Below are positions 30,763 to 40,066 of a DNA stretch of 64,000 nt, piece by piece (position 1 is the stretch's first letter; every line of letters begins with the position of its first letter). The DNA is from an uncultured Candidatus Binatia bacterium (GTDB taxonomy: Bacteria > Desulfobacterota > Binatia > UBA9968 > JAJDTQ01), in contig OZ243916.1 of the NCBI GenBank assembly GCA_965213675.1, forward strand, positions 512,001 to 576,000, written 5' to 3'. The translations under genes were made by a program, and so were the position numbers. The notes under the pieces are model-generated. The model was not told the DNA's origin. It ran no database searches and worked only from the letters and a program-made list of their open reading frames with translations.

Positions 30763-31077
30763 GGACTCGAAGACCTCCTGTGTTCCGGCCGATTCACTGG
30801 CGTCGTGTCGGTCGCGTCGGACGGTAAACGCGCCAGGAAACGCGCCACGAAACGCCCCACGCACCTTCTCTTGGAAATAACAGCGGCCGCGGGATGCGTC
30901 AAGGTTTCGCGGGCGCCGCCGCGATGGCGGGGACAACGCAAGATGCGCCGGAAACGATTCTTGACAGCGAAAGTCCGCTCTGCTACGCGTCCTACAGCCC
31001 GATGGGCGGGCGGGTTCCACGGTGTTCGCATCGGCCCGCAACGCAAGCGAAATGATTGGCTGAAGAGAACCGAGACG

Positions 31078-31123
31078 AACCAGCCGCTTCCTGGCACGAC
31101 CGGGAGGACGCGCTGGTTTTTTT
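31078..31123 (+). terminator. Intrinsic terminator/attenuator upstream of the 31189 gene
   Basis: AACCAGC..CTTCCTGG-CACGA-CCGGGAGG..GCTGG followed by T7. Confidence 0.6.
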
Positions 31124-31188
31124 GTGGACGGTACCTGCCGCGGGAGGGCGGCGGGAGTTCGGCCAAGGCGCATTGGATGGAGGACTTG

Positions 31189-31890
31189 ATGAAGACTTTG
31201 GGTCTGATCTCGCCCAATCTGGACGATCCGACCGTTCAGGAGTACTACCGCATTCTGCCGGAAGGCATCGAAATCAAGGGCCGGCCGCTCCATGTCACCA
31301 CGTTCACGGACGAGACCTTCGCCAAGGTGGAGGAGGATTTCGCCGACGTCGTCCGTGACCTGACGCGGGATTCCCTCGATTTTCTCATGATCACGGGGGA
31401 ACTGTTCCTCTCTTACCGGGGTCCGGGCTCGGACCGGCTCGTGCTGGACGCGGTGCGCGAGATCGCGCCGGTGAATGCCTCGACGGTGCTCACCGCGGTG
31501 GTGCGCGCCTTCAAGGCACTTGACATCTACCGCGTGGTCATGGCTTCGCCGTTCCCCCACGACCAGGACGAGAACCTCATCCGGTTCCTGGACCACTACA
31601 ACATCGAAGTGGCCGCCAACCGCGGTCTGGGCTACGACAACACCCACGAGATCTGGGACCTTCCGCCCGAGACCGGCTACGACCTCGCCGCCGCCGTGCT
31701 GGAGGAATGCCCCAACGTGGACGGCATCTACATGCCGTGCAACAAATGGCGCGTGTCGCCCGTCATCGAGCGGTTGGAGACGGATCTGGGCAAGCCCGTC
31801 ATCACCAACACTCAGGCGTGGATCTGGGAGGCGCTGAAGGGAATGGGCATGAGCTCGTCTCTGTCCGGGTACGGCAGGCTGCTGAAGTAG
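31189..31890 (+). CDS. Asp/Glu racemase superfamily (maleate isomerase/AMDase-like), one Cys retained
   Basis: AVVRAFKALDI, GIYMPCNKW, LETDLGKPVITNTQAWIW, GYGRLL. Confidence 0.85.
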   Translation: MKTLGLISPNLDDPTVQEYYRILPEGIEIKGRPLHVTTFTDETFAKVEEDFADVVRDLTRDSLDFLMITGELFLSYRGPGSDRLVLDAVREIAPVNASTVLTAVVRAFKALDIYRVVMASPFPHDQDENLIRFLDHYNIEVAANRGLGYDNTHEIWDLPPETGYDLAAAVLEECPNVDGIYMPCNKWRVSPVIERLETDLGKPVITNTQAWIWEALKGMGMSSSLSGYGRLLK

Positions 31891-31891
31891 G

Positions 31892-31908
31892 ACCGGACAC
31901 CACACTAG
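31892..31908 (+). repeat. Solo right end of the MITE family, overlapping the eamA stop codon
   Basis: ACCGGACACCACACTAG matches 16/17 of ACCAGACACCACACTAG. Confidence 0.6.
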
Positions 31909-32777
31909 AACGTGGTGAGCACGATACCGCCGAGACAGATGGAGGCCGCTCCCACCAGCACCTTGAGCGTCACCCGCTCCAGGGCACGCAGGAAAACGGT
32001 GCTCAGGATCACGGTGAAGAGCGGCGTGGTGGCGATCAGTGGCGACACCAGCACGACATCGCCCCTCTCCAGGGCGGTCATGTTCAGGGACACGGCCGCG
32101 CTGTTGAGGATCCCCGACAGTCCGAACCACCACAACGTCTCGCGCCGGAATACCAGTTCCCGATATTTCCCCGTCGCCAGCAGGTAGAGCAGCAGGGCCG
32201 CGAATCCGCCCCCCTGCACCATCCAGATCGCCAGCGGCACGGAGTCGATCATGCTGTAGCCGAGCTTGCGCATGGGGCTCGAGAAGCCGCCCAGGAACGC
32301 CGCCATGATGGGCAGCAACAGGTAGATGGGCTGATAGGGCGCGGTTGCCTCGGAATCCTTCATGCCTAGAAGAGTCGCGCCGGCGATGATGAGCAGCGTG
32401 CCCGTGGCGATGGCGGCGGTGACCGTTTCTCCCAGCACCAATACGGCCATGAGGCCGGCGAACAGCGGCGTGGTGTTGCGCAGGGGCGACGCCCGCGAGA
32501 TGCCCACCTTGGTGGCGGAGACGAACAGCAGGATCTGCGTGCAGAAGGGCGACAGCACTCCCGAGCCGATGAACAGCAGCAGCCCCGCGGGCGGCGTGTG
32601 TTCCCAGGAAACGAACGGACCCAGCGCCACAAACAGGACGACCGTGGAGGTGAAGAGGGAGAAGGAGGTGGCGCTCGTTGGCGTGCCGTATTTGAGCCCC
32701 AGGCGGGAGCAGATCTGGCCCGAGGAAAAGCACAGAGCGGCGCCCAACGCCAGCAGCGGGATGTGCAGGTTGTCCAA
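31905..32777 (-). CDS. DMT/EamA family transporter
   Basis: 10 TM helices; VGISRASPL, VSPLIATTPLF; paralog of 2340-3203. Confidence 0.87.
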   Translation of the reverse strand: MDNLHIPLLALGAALCFSSGQICSRLGLKYGTPTSATSFSLFTSTVVLFVALGPFVSWEHTPPAGLLLFIGSGVLSPFCTQILLFVSATKVGISRASPLRNTTPLFAGLMAVLVLGETVTAAIATGTLLIIAGATLLGMKDSEATAPYQPIYLLLPIMAAFLGGFSSPMRKLGYSMIDSVPLAIWMVQGGGFAALLLYLLATGKYRELVFRRETLWWFGLSGILNSAAVSLNMTALERGDVVLVSPLIATTPLFTVILSTVFLRALERVTLKVLVGAASICLGGIVLTTF

Positions 32778-33144
32778 GGCTCAGGCCGAGTCGCTTTGGC
32801 GGGTGGATGTGGGGCGTTCCATGACGAGGTTGGCGGCTTGCGCACGAGTATGCGCAGGAAATCCTGCGGTGGGCAAGGCATGACCAGGGCAGGGTTCGGC
32901 GGCGCTTCCGTGGGACAGCACTGTCCCGAGTTGTCGGTCTGCACGGAAACCGGAGATCCGGACGGCGACCTTCCCACGTAACGCGGCCTCGTGAGGACAA
33001 CAATAGAGGCCCCTCGAAGCGGATGCTCGTTCAGCTTGGGGTCGCCGTGCCCGTGGCGCGCCGCGACGGGCATGTGAGTTGAAAAGACGCAGCGCATCGG
33101 ATAGCGTCCGGAAGGTTCGATTTTCAATCGAGAAGGAGTCGTGA

Positions 33145-33870
33145 ATGGCATACACGAGCTGGCGCGGCACCGTCGGCGTGGTCAAGCCCACCATGCGCCC
33201 CGGTTCCCTGGAGGAATTCATCCGCATGATGCCCGATGGCATCGGCATCATCCCGCTCTTCATCGGTTTTCAGCGCGGCGACGCGAATGAGTTCCAGCAG
33301 GCCATGGTGGCCTACGAGGAACGGGTGGCCGAATTGGCGGGCTACGGGGTGGACCTGATTCACCCGGAAGGGGCGCCGCCCTTCATGTTCCAGGGCGTCA
33401 AGGGCGAGCGCAGGATCATCCGCGGCTGGGAAAGGAAGTACAAGGTGCCCATGGTGACCGCGGGGCAGACCCAGATCGAGGCGCTGAAGGCGCTCAAGGC
33501 CCGGAAGGTCCTCGGCGTGACCTATTTTACGGGCGAGATCAACAAGACCTTCGCCAAGTACTTCGTGGAGGCGGGTTTCGACGTGGTCGCCATGGAAGGG
33601 ATTCCGGTGGAGTTCGAGGACGTGGGCAAGCTCGCCGGTCAGGAAGTCTATGCCCACACCCGCAACGCGTTCCTGAAGCACAAGGGCGCGGACGCCATCT
33701 ACATGCTCGGTTCCGGCTGGCGCACGCTGGACATCATCGGACTCCTGGAGCAGGACCTGCAAGTGCCGGTGGTGCACCCGGTTCCCGCCCGCGTTTGGGC
33801 CATCCAGAAGCGGCTTCACGTGAACGAGTCGGTGTTGGGGTACGGGCGGCTGCTGGAAGAAATGGTGTAG
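33145..33870 (+). CDS. Maleate isomerase/AMDase-fold protein lacking all Cys
   Basis: SWRGTVGVVKP, GAPPF, IYMLGSGW, LEQDLQVPV, GYGRLL; AAGGAG RBS. Confidence 0.82.
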   Translation: MAYTSWRGTVGVVKPTMRPGSLEEFIRMMPDGIGIIPLFIGFQRGDANEFQQAMVAYEERVAELAGYGVDLIHPEGAPPFMFQGVKGERRIIRGWERKYKVPMVTAGQTQIEALKALKARKVLGVTYFTGEINKTFAKYFVEAGFDVVAMEGIPVEFEDVGKLAGQEVYAHTRNAFLKHKGADAIYMLGSGWRTLDIIGLLEQDLQVPVVHPVPARVWAIQKRLHVNESVLGYGRLLEEMV

Positions 33871-34235
33871 CGGGGCGGCCGTCAAAAGGAAGCCCGCCAG
33901 CATCGCGGCGGCGAAGCCGAACACCACCTCGTGGGCGTGCCACGACGTGCCCGCGAGAAAGCCGGCCCGGGTAGCGGAAGATCGGCTCCAAACCGCCACC
34001 GCCGTCGCCGCGAACACGGCGGCCAGCAGCTAGTGTGGTGTCTGGATAATTCGCGTCATAATCTGCGGGTCTTTTTCGCCGTCGGCTGCGTTGCTCTTCC
34101 TCGCGTGGTACACGCCACTGCTCGTCATCGCGCCTTGCCGACAACAAAAAATCCTCCGCAGATTATGACCCGAATTAACCAGACACCACACTAGAAGGCC
34201 CGGAAGCCCATGTGAAGTACGGGCCAAGAGTGCAT
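33871..34235 (-). pseudogene. nnrS: nnrS 5' remnant interrupted by the MITE and 3'-truncated
   Basis: MHSWPVLHMGFRAF* [MITE] LLAAVFAATAVAVW...WHAHEVVFGFAAAMLAGFLLTA is the NnrS N-terminal signature. Confidence 0.8.
34030..34194. mobile_element. MITE-like palindromic element, copy 2
   Basis: Same TIRs; flanked by CTAG on both sides; removing it restores the nnrS reading frame. Confidence 0.9.
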
Positions 34236-34275
34236 TTCTTCGGGCTCCGTACTCAGCGCTCTCAAAAGCGTCGGC

Positions 34276-34600
34276 TCAACCGGGCAAACCGTTGGGGCGA
34301 GACCTGGTCAGGAAACTCCAGAACAGGCTCATATACAGGGCGAATCCCAGGCACCAGAGCAGGGAGGAGAGGCCGTAGCCTACCGGCACCACGGTCCCGA
34401 CCTCCAGCCACGGGGGAACGATCCGCCCAACCGCGGGTGGTGCTGTACGGCAGAAAATAGTCCACGAGCAGGAAGATCGCCAGCACGCCGATGGCGAAAT
34501 GGCGGAGCGGCGGCCGCGCTACGAACGGCTCGTCCTCGTCGGCCTCTAGCAGGCCGTGGGAAAACGCGTAGATTTGAGCGTTTGTGAGAGAATCGATGGA
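34276..34600 (-). pseudogene. Second nnrS-like remnant (3' part, internally deleted/frameshifted)
   Basis: ...LSSLLWCLGFALYMSLFWSFLTRSRPNGLPG* resembles the NnrS C-terminus; another frame has EPFVARPPLRHFAI. Confidence 0.55.
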
Positions 34601-34694
34601 AAAGCCGGCTTCAGGGCAAGGAGCAGAACTTGTTGCGCTGGCCATTTCAGGCCAACGAAGCCGGCGCAGACGCCCGGAGGCCATGGACGCATGC

Positions 34695-35479
34695 TCAACC
34701 TCCGACTCCCAGGGTACGCAGTCGCACCAGGTTGTAGACGGCGAAGGTGAGGGTGAACTGGAAGTCGACCTTGGCCAGGCCCCGGTGCTTGAGTTTGCGC
34801 ATGCCTCCGATGGTCTTGGCCCAGCCGAAGCCTTCCTCGATCCGTTTGCGGATGCGCTGGCTCACCGCGTAACCACGGTGACGGGTGGTGCGCCGGTCAA
34901 TGGCGGAACGCCGGCGGGTGTCGTTCTGGGCCACATGCGGACTGACGTTGGCGCAGCGCAGTCCCTCCACAAAGTCTTTTGTATCGTATCCCTTGTCCGC
35001 CCCGAGGGTGAGCCGATCGGCGCCGGGACGCGCCGCAATCATCGCCAAGCCCGCCTCGCGCTCAGCCCGGCCGCCGGCTTCGGTGGTACGGGTATCGACG
35101 ATCAGTCCATGGCGGTTATCCATCAACGCATGGCCCAGGTAGCACAGCTTCGCTTCCTGTCCCTGGCCCTTGCGGTACAGCCGTGCCTGCGGATCGGTGC
35201 TCGACTGGTGGGTCGCATTGCTGCGCTTCTCGCCGTGGAAGTCCGCCTCCGCATTGCGTCCGCCGCCACCAAGCCGTCCGCCTCCGTCTTTCGGCCGGAA
35301 CGACTTCATCGACGCCCACGCCTCCAGCAACGTCCCGTCCACGCTGAAGTGTTCATCCGACAAAAGGCGTCCTTCGCGGGCCTGGCCCAGTATCTGCCCG
35401 AAAAAGGCCCGCGCGATGTCCGACCCGATATCTTATTTACTCTTATCCGCGTCAGGCGGAGTTTTTCAACAACCTGCTA
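34695..35479 (-). mobile_element. Internally deleted IS5-family element (transposase 5' part missing)
   Basis: SDEHFSVDGTLLEAWASMKSFRPKD, LGADKGYD, RKRIEEGFGWAKT; left end CAGGTTGTTGAAAAA (35476-35462) joins mid-gene after about 50 bp. Confidence 0.88.
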
Positions 35480-35504
35480 AAAGCAGGTCCCGTGCATTGT
35501 GACG

Positions 35505-35792
35505 CTACACCGTAATCCGTAACTGCATTCCCAAAGCCCGTGTGATCCGCATCACCGTGGCGAAGGTCGGATTGCCGTCCTGCGACAAAGCCTTGTAAAG
35601 ACCCTCCCGGCTCATTCCGATCTCTCGGGCCAGTCGGCTCATGTTTCCCGCCCGCACCATATCGTTCAGGGCGGCCCGGATCAGACTGCCATCGCCCGGA
35701 TCCTCTTCCGCGCATGCTTCCAGGTAAAGGCGCGCATCTTCCCGGGTCCGAAGCTGCTCCGTGACGTCCCATTTCGTGAAGGTTTCGGTCAT
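35505..35792 (-). CDS. HTH addiction-module antitoxin (HI1420/HigA-like)
   Basis: NMSRLAREIGMSREGLYKALSQDGNPTFATVMRI. Confidence 0.9.
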   Translation of the reverse strand: MTETFTKWDVTEQLRTREDARLYLEACAEEDPGDGSLIRAALNDMVRAGNMSRLAREIGMSREGLYKALSQDGNPTFATVMRITRALGMQLRITV

Positions 35793-36084
35793 GTCCGCCT
35801 CCAGTCCTTCGCCAACCGCTCGGCGCGTTCGATGTCGCGCTCCTGGCTGCCCTTGTCGCCTCCGCAGAGCACGACCACCGTCGACCCTCGCGGAGGAAAT
35901 ACAGGCGGTAGCCCGGTCCGTGATGTACGCGCATCTCAAACAGACCGCCGCCCACCGACTTCGCCTCCCCCGCATTGCCCAGCGAGAGGTTTCGCAGACG
36001 CGCGTTGATCCGTGCGACCGCAGTGCGGTCGCGCAAGCTACGAATCCAGCGCTTGAACGTCACGCTTTCTACTATCCGGATCAC
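35789..36084 (-). pseudogene. RelE/HigB-like (HI1419-type) toxin, frameshifted near 35885
   Basis: FKRWIRSLRD..RINARL..GNAG..FEMRVHHGPGYRLYF, then VVVLCGGDKGSQERDIERA in a different frame, ending in an ATGA overlap with the antitoxin. Confidence 0.85.
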
Positions 36085-36094
36085 CAACAGGGAG

Positions 36095-36121
36095 TGTGAA
36101 CTATAGTTCACAACTAGTCAA
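36095..36121 (-). promoter_or_regulatory. TA promoter with palindromic operator
   Basis: Perfect 18-bp palindrome TGTGAACTATAGTTCACA (36095-36112), just downstream of TTGACT (36121-36116) and overlapping CACACT. Confidence 0.75.
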
Positions 36122-36319
36122 GTACTCGTCAGGAGAGACAGAACGAGACCTGGAAGAGCGTTGAAATAGAGTCGGCGAAGAACGTTGAGGATTGCGGGGG
36201 AAGGCGGACGAATAGCTTGATGGTCAGGGTCAGCACGAGAGGTTGGGGAGGCGGCGTCAGGCGGCGCATCGTCGTCGGGTCTGTCGGCGCAGGCTCCTGG
36301 CGGCGAGTTTCGACGAGGG

Positions 36320-37240
36320 AATCCGCAATGAGCAGATCCGCCTGGACCGCGCGCTGGGGACAACGACGCCGCGGAGGGGCGAGCCGAGCCCCATTTCATG
36401 GGCGCCGTCGTGCTCCAGCAGACGCAGTTTCCGACGGCGACGATCGAGCGCCGCATCGTGGTTGACGGCCAGCAGCGGCTCATCACGCTGTAGCTGCTTA
36501 TGGACGTAACCCAGGAGGTGCTTGAAGATCAGGAGCACTCTGGCCCCGCCAAGCGCTTGGCCGCGCTGGTGGCCAACGGCGAGGAATACCTGAACGAGAA
36601 CCCGAATCACGCCTTCAAGGTCTGGCCAACGACCGTCGACAGGGAAGCCTTTCGACATGCGATGAGCAACGAAATGACGCCTGCCAAATACGCGAATTCC
36701 CGAATCGTGCAGGCACACGAGTACTTCAAGGCGCAGGCGGAGCAATGGCTCGACCAGTTCCCGCGAGACACAGGGGAACGCGACAGCGCGGCTTCTGCTT
36801 TGGAAGTAGCTGTGAGCCGTAGTTTGGAGATCGTGGTCATCGACCTGGAAGAGTCCGACGAGCCACACATCATCTTCGAGACGTTGAATGCGCGCGGCAC
36901 GCTGCTACTCCAATCCGACATGGTCAAGAACAAGGTGCTGCACGAGGCGGGAATCGGGATCAGGAATGACGACGAGGAATCAACTCCCGAAGAGCGGAAC
37001 ATCTGGCCGCTCTTGAGAGCTTCCTGGTTCGACGGGTCGTGTGCGGATATAGCGCCAGGAGTTACGGAGAGCTCTTCGTTGGCCTGATTCGGAAGCTCGC
37101 GAAAGCACCGACGCGCGACGTCGACCGCGTCATCGTCTCCCATCTTGGAGAGCAGACCGCGCAGGCCGGACTGTGGCCTGGTGATGAGGAGTTACGCGAG
37201 AGATTCGTCAACGCGCCCCTCTACTCGTACCTGACACGTG
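36320..37240 (+). pseudogene. DUF262 (GmrSD-type restriction) remnant
   Basis: HFMGAVVLQ..IVVDGQQRLITL* (TAG 36491-36493), IFETLNARG..L.QSDMVKN; missing 5' end and C-terminal HNH domain. Confidence 0.8.
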
Positions 37241-37385
37241 TTAGCCGAGAGAGGGGGGAGGACGATGCGAGGACCGCCGTGTACCCGAACACGGGCCCGG
37301 GAAGTTTTGCCAAACCTCCCGCAAGGGGCCGGTCTTCCGCAGCGACGGCGCATCACCCAGGGCCATTCTGTTCAGCCGGTGGGGC

Positions 37386-38159
37386 CTACCAATCCGCCGG
37401 TTTGACTATCTTTGTTCCCGGTAGCGTTTCGGGAAACTGCGCCGCCCGCAGCATCGCGGGACGGATGTGGCGTACGTGGCTCGCGGCGTTCCGCAACTGT
37501 GAAGCGATCTGCCAACGGCCCGGACAGGCGACGAAGATCGGGCGTTTCAATTCCCCGGTGACCATACGAATCGGCACCACCAAGTCAGTGTCGTTCGACA
37601 CGACCACTGCCGCATCGAAAAGGTCCTTCCACGCGTCGTTAAGCAGGTGGGCGGCAAGATTCACGTCCGAGCCCTTCTCCTCCATCGTGTGGAACTCCGC
37701 GATCACGGCGTCCGGGAGGGGTATCCTCGTCCCGCGACCCCCGCCCTCGCGTTCGCCGTGTCTGTCGAGATAGAGGCCCACCGGCAGTGTCTGGGGCCGC
37801 TCCCCGAGCACCCGGTGGTCGCCTTCGGGGAGCGTGACCGGCCGAGGTGCATCGATCCGTCTACCAGCGACCGGGAGGTTGGCGAGAGGACGCCACGCGG
37901 TCTTGGCCAGGAAAGGCCCGTAATGGATCTCAACTTCTGGCGGGGTCACAAGCGCCTTCAGGTAAAGCTGCTGGCGAGCCGGCGCCTGTGGATCGAGCTT
38001 ACCGGAAACACGCGCCGTGAAGTAGCGAAGCCGGTCGATCGTGCACTCGCGGGGACGCAGAAGGGCGGTTAGCTTGACCGGGTCGAGCCACCTGAAGGGT
38101 GTCCCCTTAAGGGCTCCGTAGTACAGGTTGAAGCCATCGACATAGACCCTCGTCCTCAT
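37386..38159 (-). CDS. NYN-domain (PIN-like) ribonuclease
   Basis: MRTRVYVDGFNLYYG, LRYFTARV, EEKGSDVNLAAHLLND, VVSNDTDL; acidic catalytic residues intact. Confidence 0.9.
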   Translation of the reverse strand: MRTRVYVDGFNLYYGALKGTPFRWLDPVKLTALLRPRECTIDRLRYFTARVSGKLDPQAPARQQLYLKALVTPPEVEIHYGPFLAKTAWRPLANLPVAGRRIDAPRPVTLPEGDHRVLGERPQTLPVGLYLDRHGEREGGGRGTRIPLPDAVIAEFHTMEEKGSDVNLAAHLLNDAWKDLFDAAVVVSNDTDLVVPIRMVTGELKRPIFVACPGRWQIASQLRNAASHVRHIRPAMLRAAQFPETLPGTKIVKPADW

Positions 38160-38170
38160 GTCCGTCCCCA

Positions 38171-38235
38171 GAAAAAGCAAGGGCCGCTCTCCTGGAGCAG
38201 CCCTTGAGCCGACAGCACGCTGCCAGCGGGTAATT
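38171..38235 (-). ncRNA. Structured leader (hairpin plus terminator) directly upstream of the NYN gene
   Basis: On the minus strand: GCUGGCAG-CGUG-CUGUCGGC hairpin, then CAAGGGCUGCUC-CAGGA-GAGCGGCCCUUG-CUUUUU, ending about 12 nt before ATG. Confidence 0.55.
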
Positions 38236-38836
38236 CCGACAACCTTACGACCATTCCGCCCAGCCCGCAAGCGGTGGCCAGTCCGGTTTCCGTGCCTAAA
38301 GGGCCATGTCATGCTCGATGTTCTCGGCCCGCGCCCGAGATGCAATAAGCCGCCCAGTCATCCATCAGCCGACGGCGGCGTTGGACAGGTCCGTGCGACG
38401 AGATACGGTTTCGACTTGGTTGCGAGTCGTGTGTTCCAGCGCAGCATGCGCCACTTCGCACGGATGGTCCGTCTCTTCGGTCGTCCAATCCCAAACTCGA
38501 CTGGGAGCCGCGCGCCAAGGTCGCGATCTTCGACGCTCTGAAAAGTCCGGTATCGCCGCGCTCCCGAGTTGCCAGCCGTCTTTTGGCCAAACGGAACCAG
38601 CTTGATCGCGTCGGACTACACCCACGCCATCGGCCGCGAAGTTGAAGGCTTGTTTACTCAGGGTTTGAGCAGAATCTTTTCGACATTGCGAAACACTGCG
38701 CTGTTCCACCGCTCGTCTCGATGGTTCATCTGATTCATTTCCTGCGGAAACTGTCGGCTTTCTCGAAAAGGTTTCACCGGTCTTGGGGTCGTGGCCTTCG
38801 ACCCGCATGACCGATCTCCCGACTATCCTTCACCTG

Positions 38837-39973
38837 CTAGGGTGCCGCCTGGGCCAGCGGCGATACGTTCAGGTTGTAGAGCCGCGTCACGTTGGTGGTG
38901 AGCAGCTTGGCGCGGTCGCCGGCGTCGAGGCCGTTCATGTCGCGGGCAATGACGTCGCGGGAGTTGGGCCAAGTGGAATTCTGGTGCGGGTAGTCGTTGG
39001 ACCACATGCAGTTGTCGGCGCCCCACCAGGAGAACAGGCGGCCGCCGATGTGGTCGTTGAAGAAGGTGGCGTACACCTGCCGGTTGAAGTACTCGCTGGG
39101 GAGCTTGTCCATGGGCAGGGGCTGGGCGTGGCGATGGCGCCGGAAGTTCTTGTCGCACTGGCCGAGCCAGAAGGGCATCCAGCCGATTTCGTTCTCCACC
39201 GAGACGATCTTGAGGCTGGGATAGCGCTCAAGCGCCCCCGAGAAGATGATGTCGAAGAGCGCGTCTTCGATCTCGCGGGTCTGCTCCACGCCGATGCGGT
39301 AGCGCTTCATGCCCGTGGCAGTCTGGCGGTGCATGCTGTCGCCGAACCCCGTGAGGATGTGCAGGTGTACCGGCATGTCGAGGTCCTGGGATGCGGCCCA
39401 GTAGCGTTCGTAGTGATCGGAGGTAAAGGGCAGGTCGGGGTGGGGTACCTGCCAGATGAGAGTGCCGACCATGCCGGCCTTGCGGCAACGCTCCATCTCG
39501 GCCAGCGCATGGTCCATGTCGAACGCCGAGATCAGTGCGACCCCGAAGAGGCGGTCCGGCGCTCCTTGGCAATACTCGATGAGCCAGTCGTTGTAGGTGC
39601 GGAACAGGCCTTCCTGAAGCGCGGCGTCCTCCACGCAGAAGAACCCGAGTCCCAAGCTGGGATAGAGCACCTCGCCCGAGACGCCGTCGGTGGCCATGTC
39701 CTTGACGCGCTCCACCGGGTCCCAGCCGCCGGGACGCGCCACCGAGAAACCGGCGCGGCGGAAGTCCTCCACCTGCTCCGGGCGCTGGCCCGCCATGAAG
39801 AGCCCGCCCACGGCCTGCGGGATCACGTCCGGGCACCCGAACATCCAGGCGTCGCGTCCCTCGTCGAAGTAAGCCTTGGGCGCTCGGTCGCGCAAGGACG
39901 ACGGCAACCCCTTCTCCCAGAGGTCTGGAACCTCGATGACGTGCGAGTCTGCCGAAATGATGGCTTCTTCCAT
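38837..39973 (-). CDS. Amidohydrolase_2 family protein
   Basis: ISADSHVIE, EVLYPS, VHLHI, MWSNDYPH. Confidence 0.9.
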   Translation of the reverse strand: MEEAIISADSHVIEVPDLWEKGLPSSLRDRAPKAYFDEGRDAWMFGCPDVIPQAVGGLFMAGQRPEQVEDFRRAGFSVARPGGWDPVERVKDMATDGVSGEVLYPSLGLGFFCVEDAALQEGLFRTYNDWLIEYCQGAPDRLFGVALISAFDMDHALAEMERCRKAGMVGTLIWQVPHPDLPFTSDHYERYWAASQDLDMPVHLHILTGFGDSMHRQTATGMKRYRIGVEQTREIEDALFDIIFSGALERYPSLKIVSVENEIGWMPFWLGQCDKNFRRHRHAQPLPMDKLPSEYFNRQVYATFFNDHIGGRLFSWWGADNCMWSNDYPHQNSTWPNSRDVIARDMNGLDAGDRAKLLTTNVTRLYNLNVSPLAQAAP

Positions 39974-40066
39974 GACGGTTTCTCCTGTTCTTCTTCCACC
40001 CCTTCTTTGCCCAGACAGGGCTGCTTTGGGTGGCCTCTTGCCACCACCGCTACCACGGAGCCGGGC

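Noticed and set aside
32885-32980. FMN, cobalamin, raiA, SRP or 6S RNA
   Set aside because: Only short partial matches (CAGGGCAGGGT, GGGAAGG, CCACGTAA); the other conserved blocks are missing
29935-33003. 1022-aa ORF in the track, and similar long ORFs (5232-7550, 18073-20454, 38783-41581, 30046-31890)
   Set aside because: Stop-poor antisense or upstream extensions typical of high GC; where a real gene is present it is only the terminal part, and the rest overlaps recognisable genes on the other strand
35870-35900. Programmed frameshift in the HigB-like toxin
   Set aside because: No slippery heptamer or stimulatory structure at the shift; it looks like a simple small deletion
34191-36493. 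Amber (pyrrolysine) readthrough in nnrS or the DUF262 gene
   Set aside because: Both genes carry additional deletions or frameshifts, and TAG is used as a normal stop throughout the window
38365-38808. 147-aa ORF
   Set aside because: No recognisable motifs and atypical codon usage; likely decayed DNA
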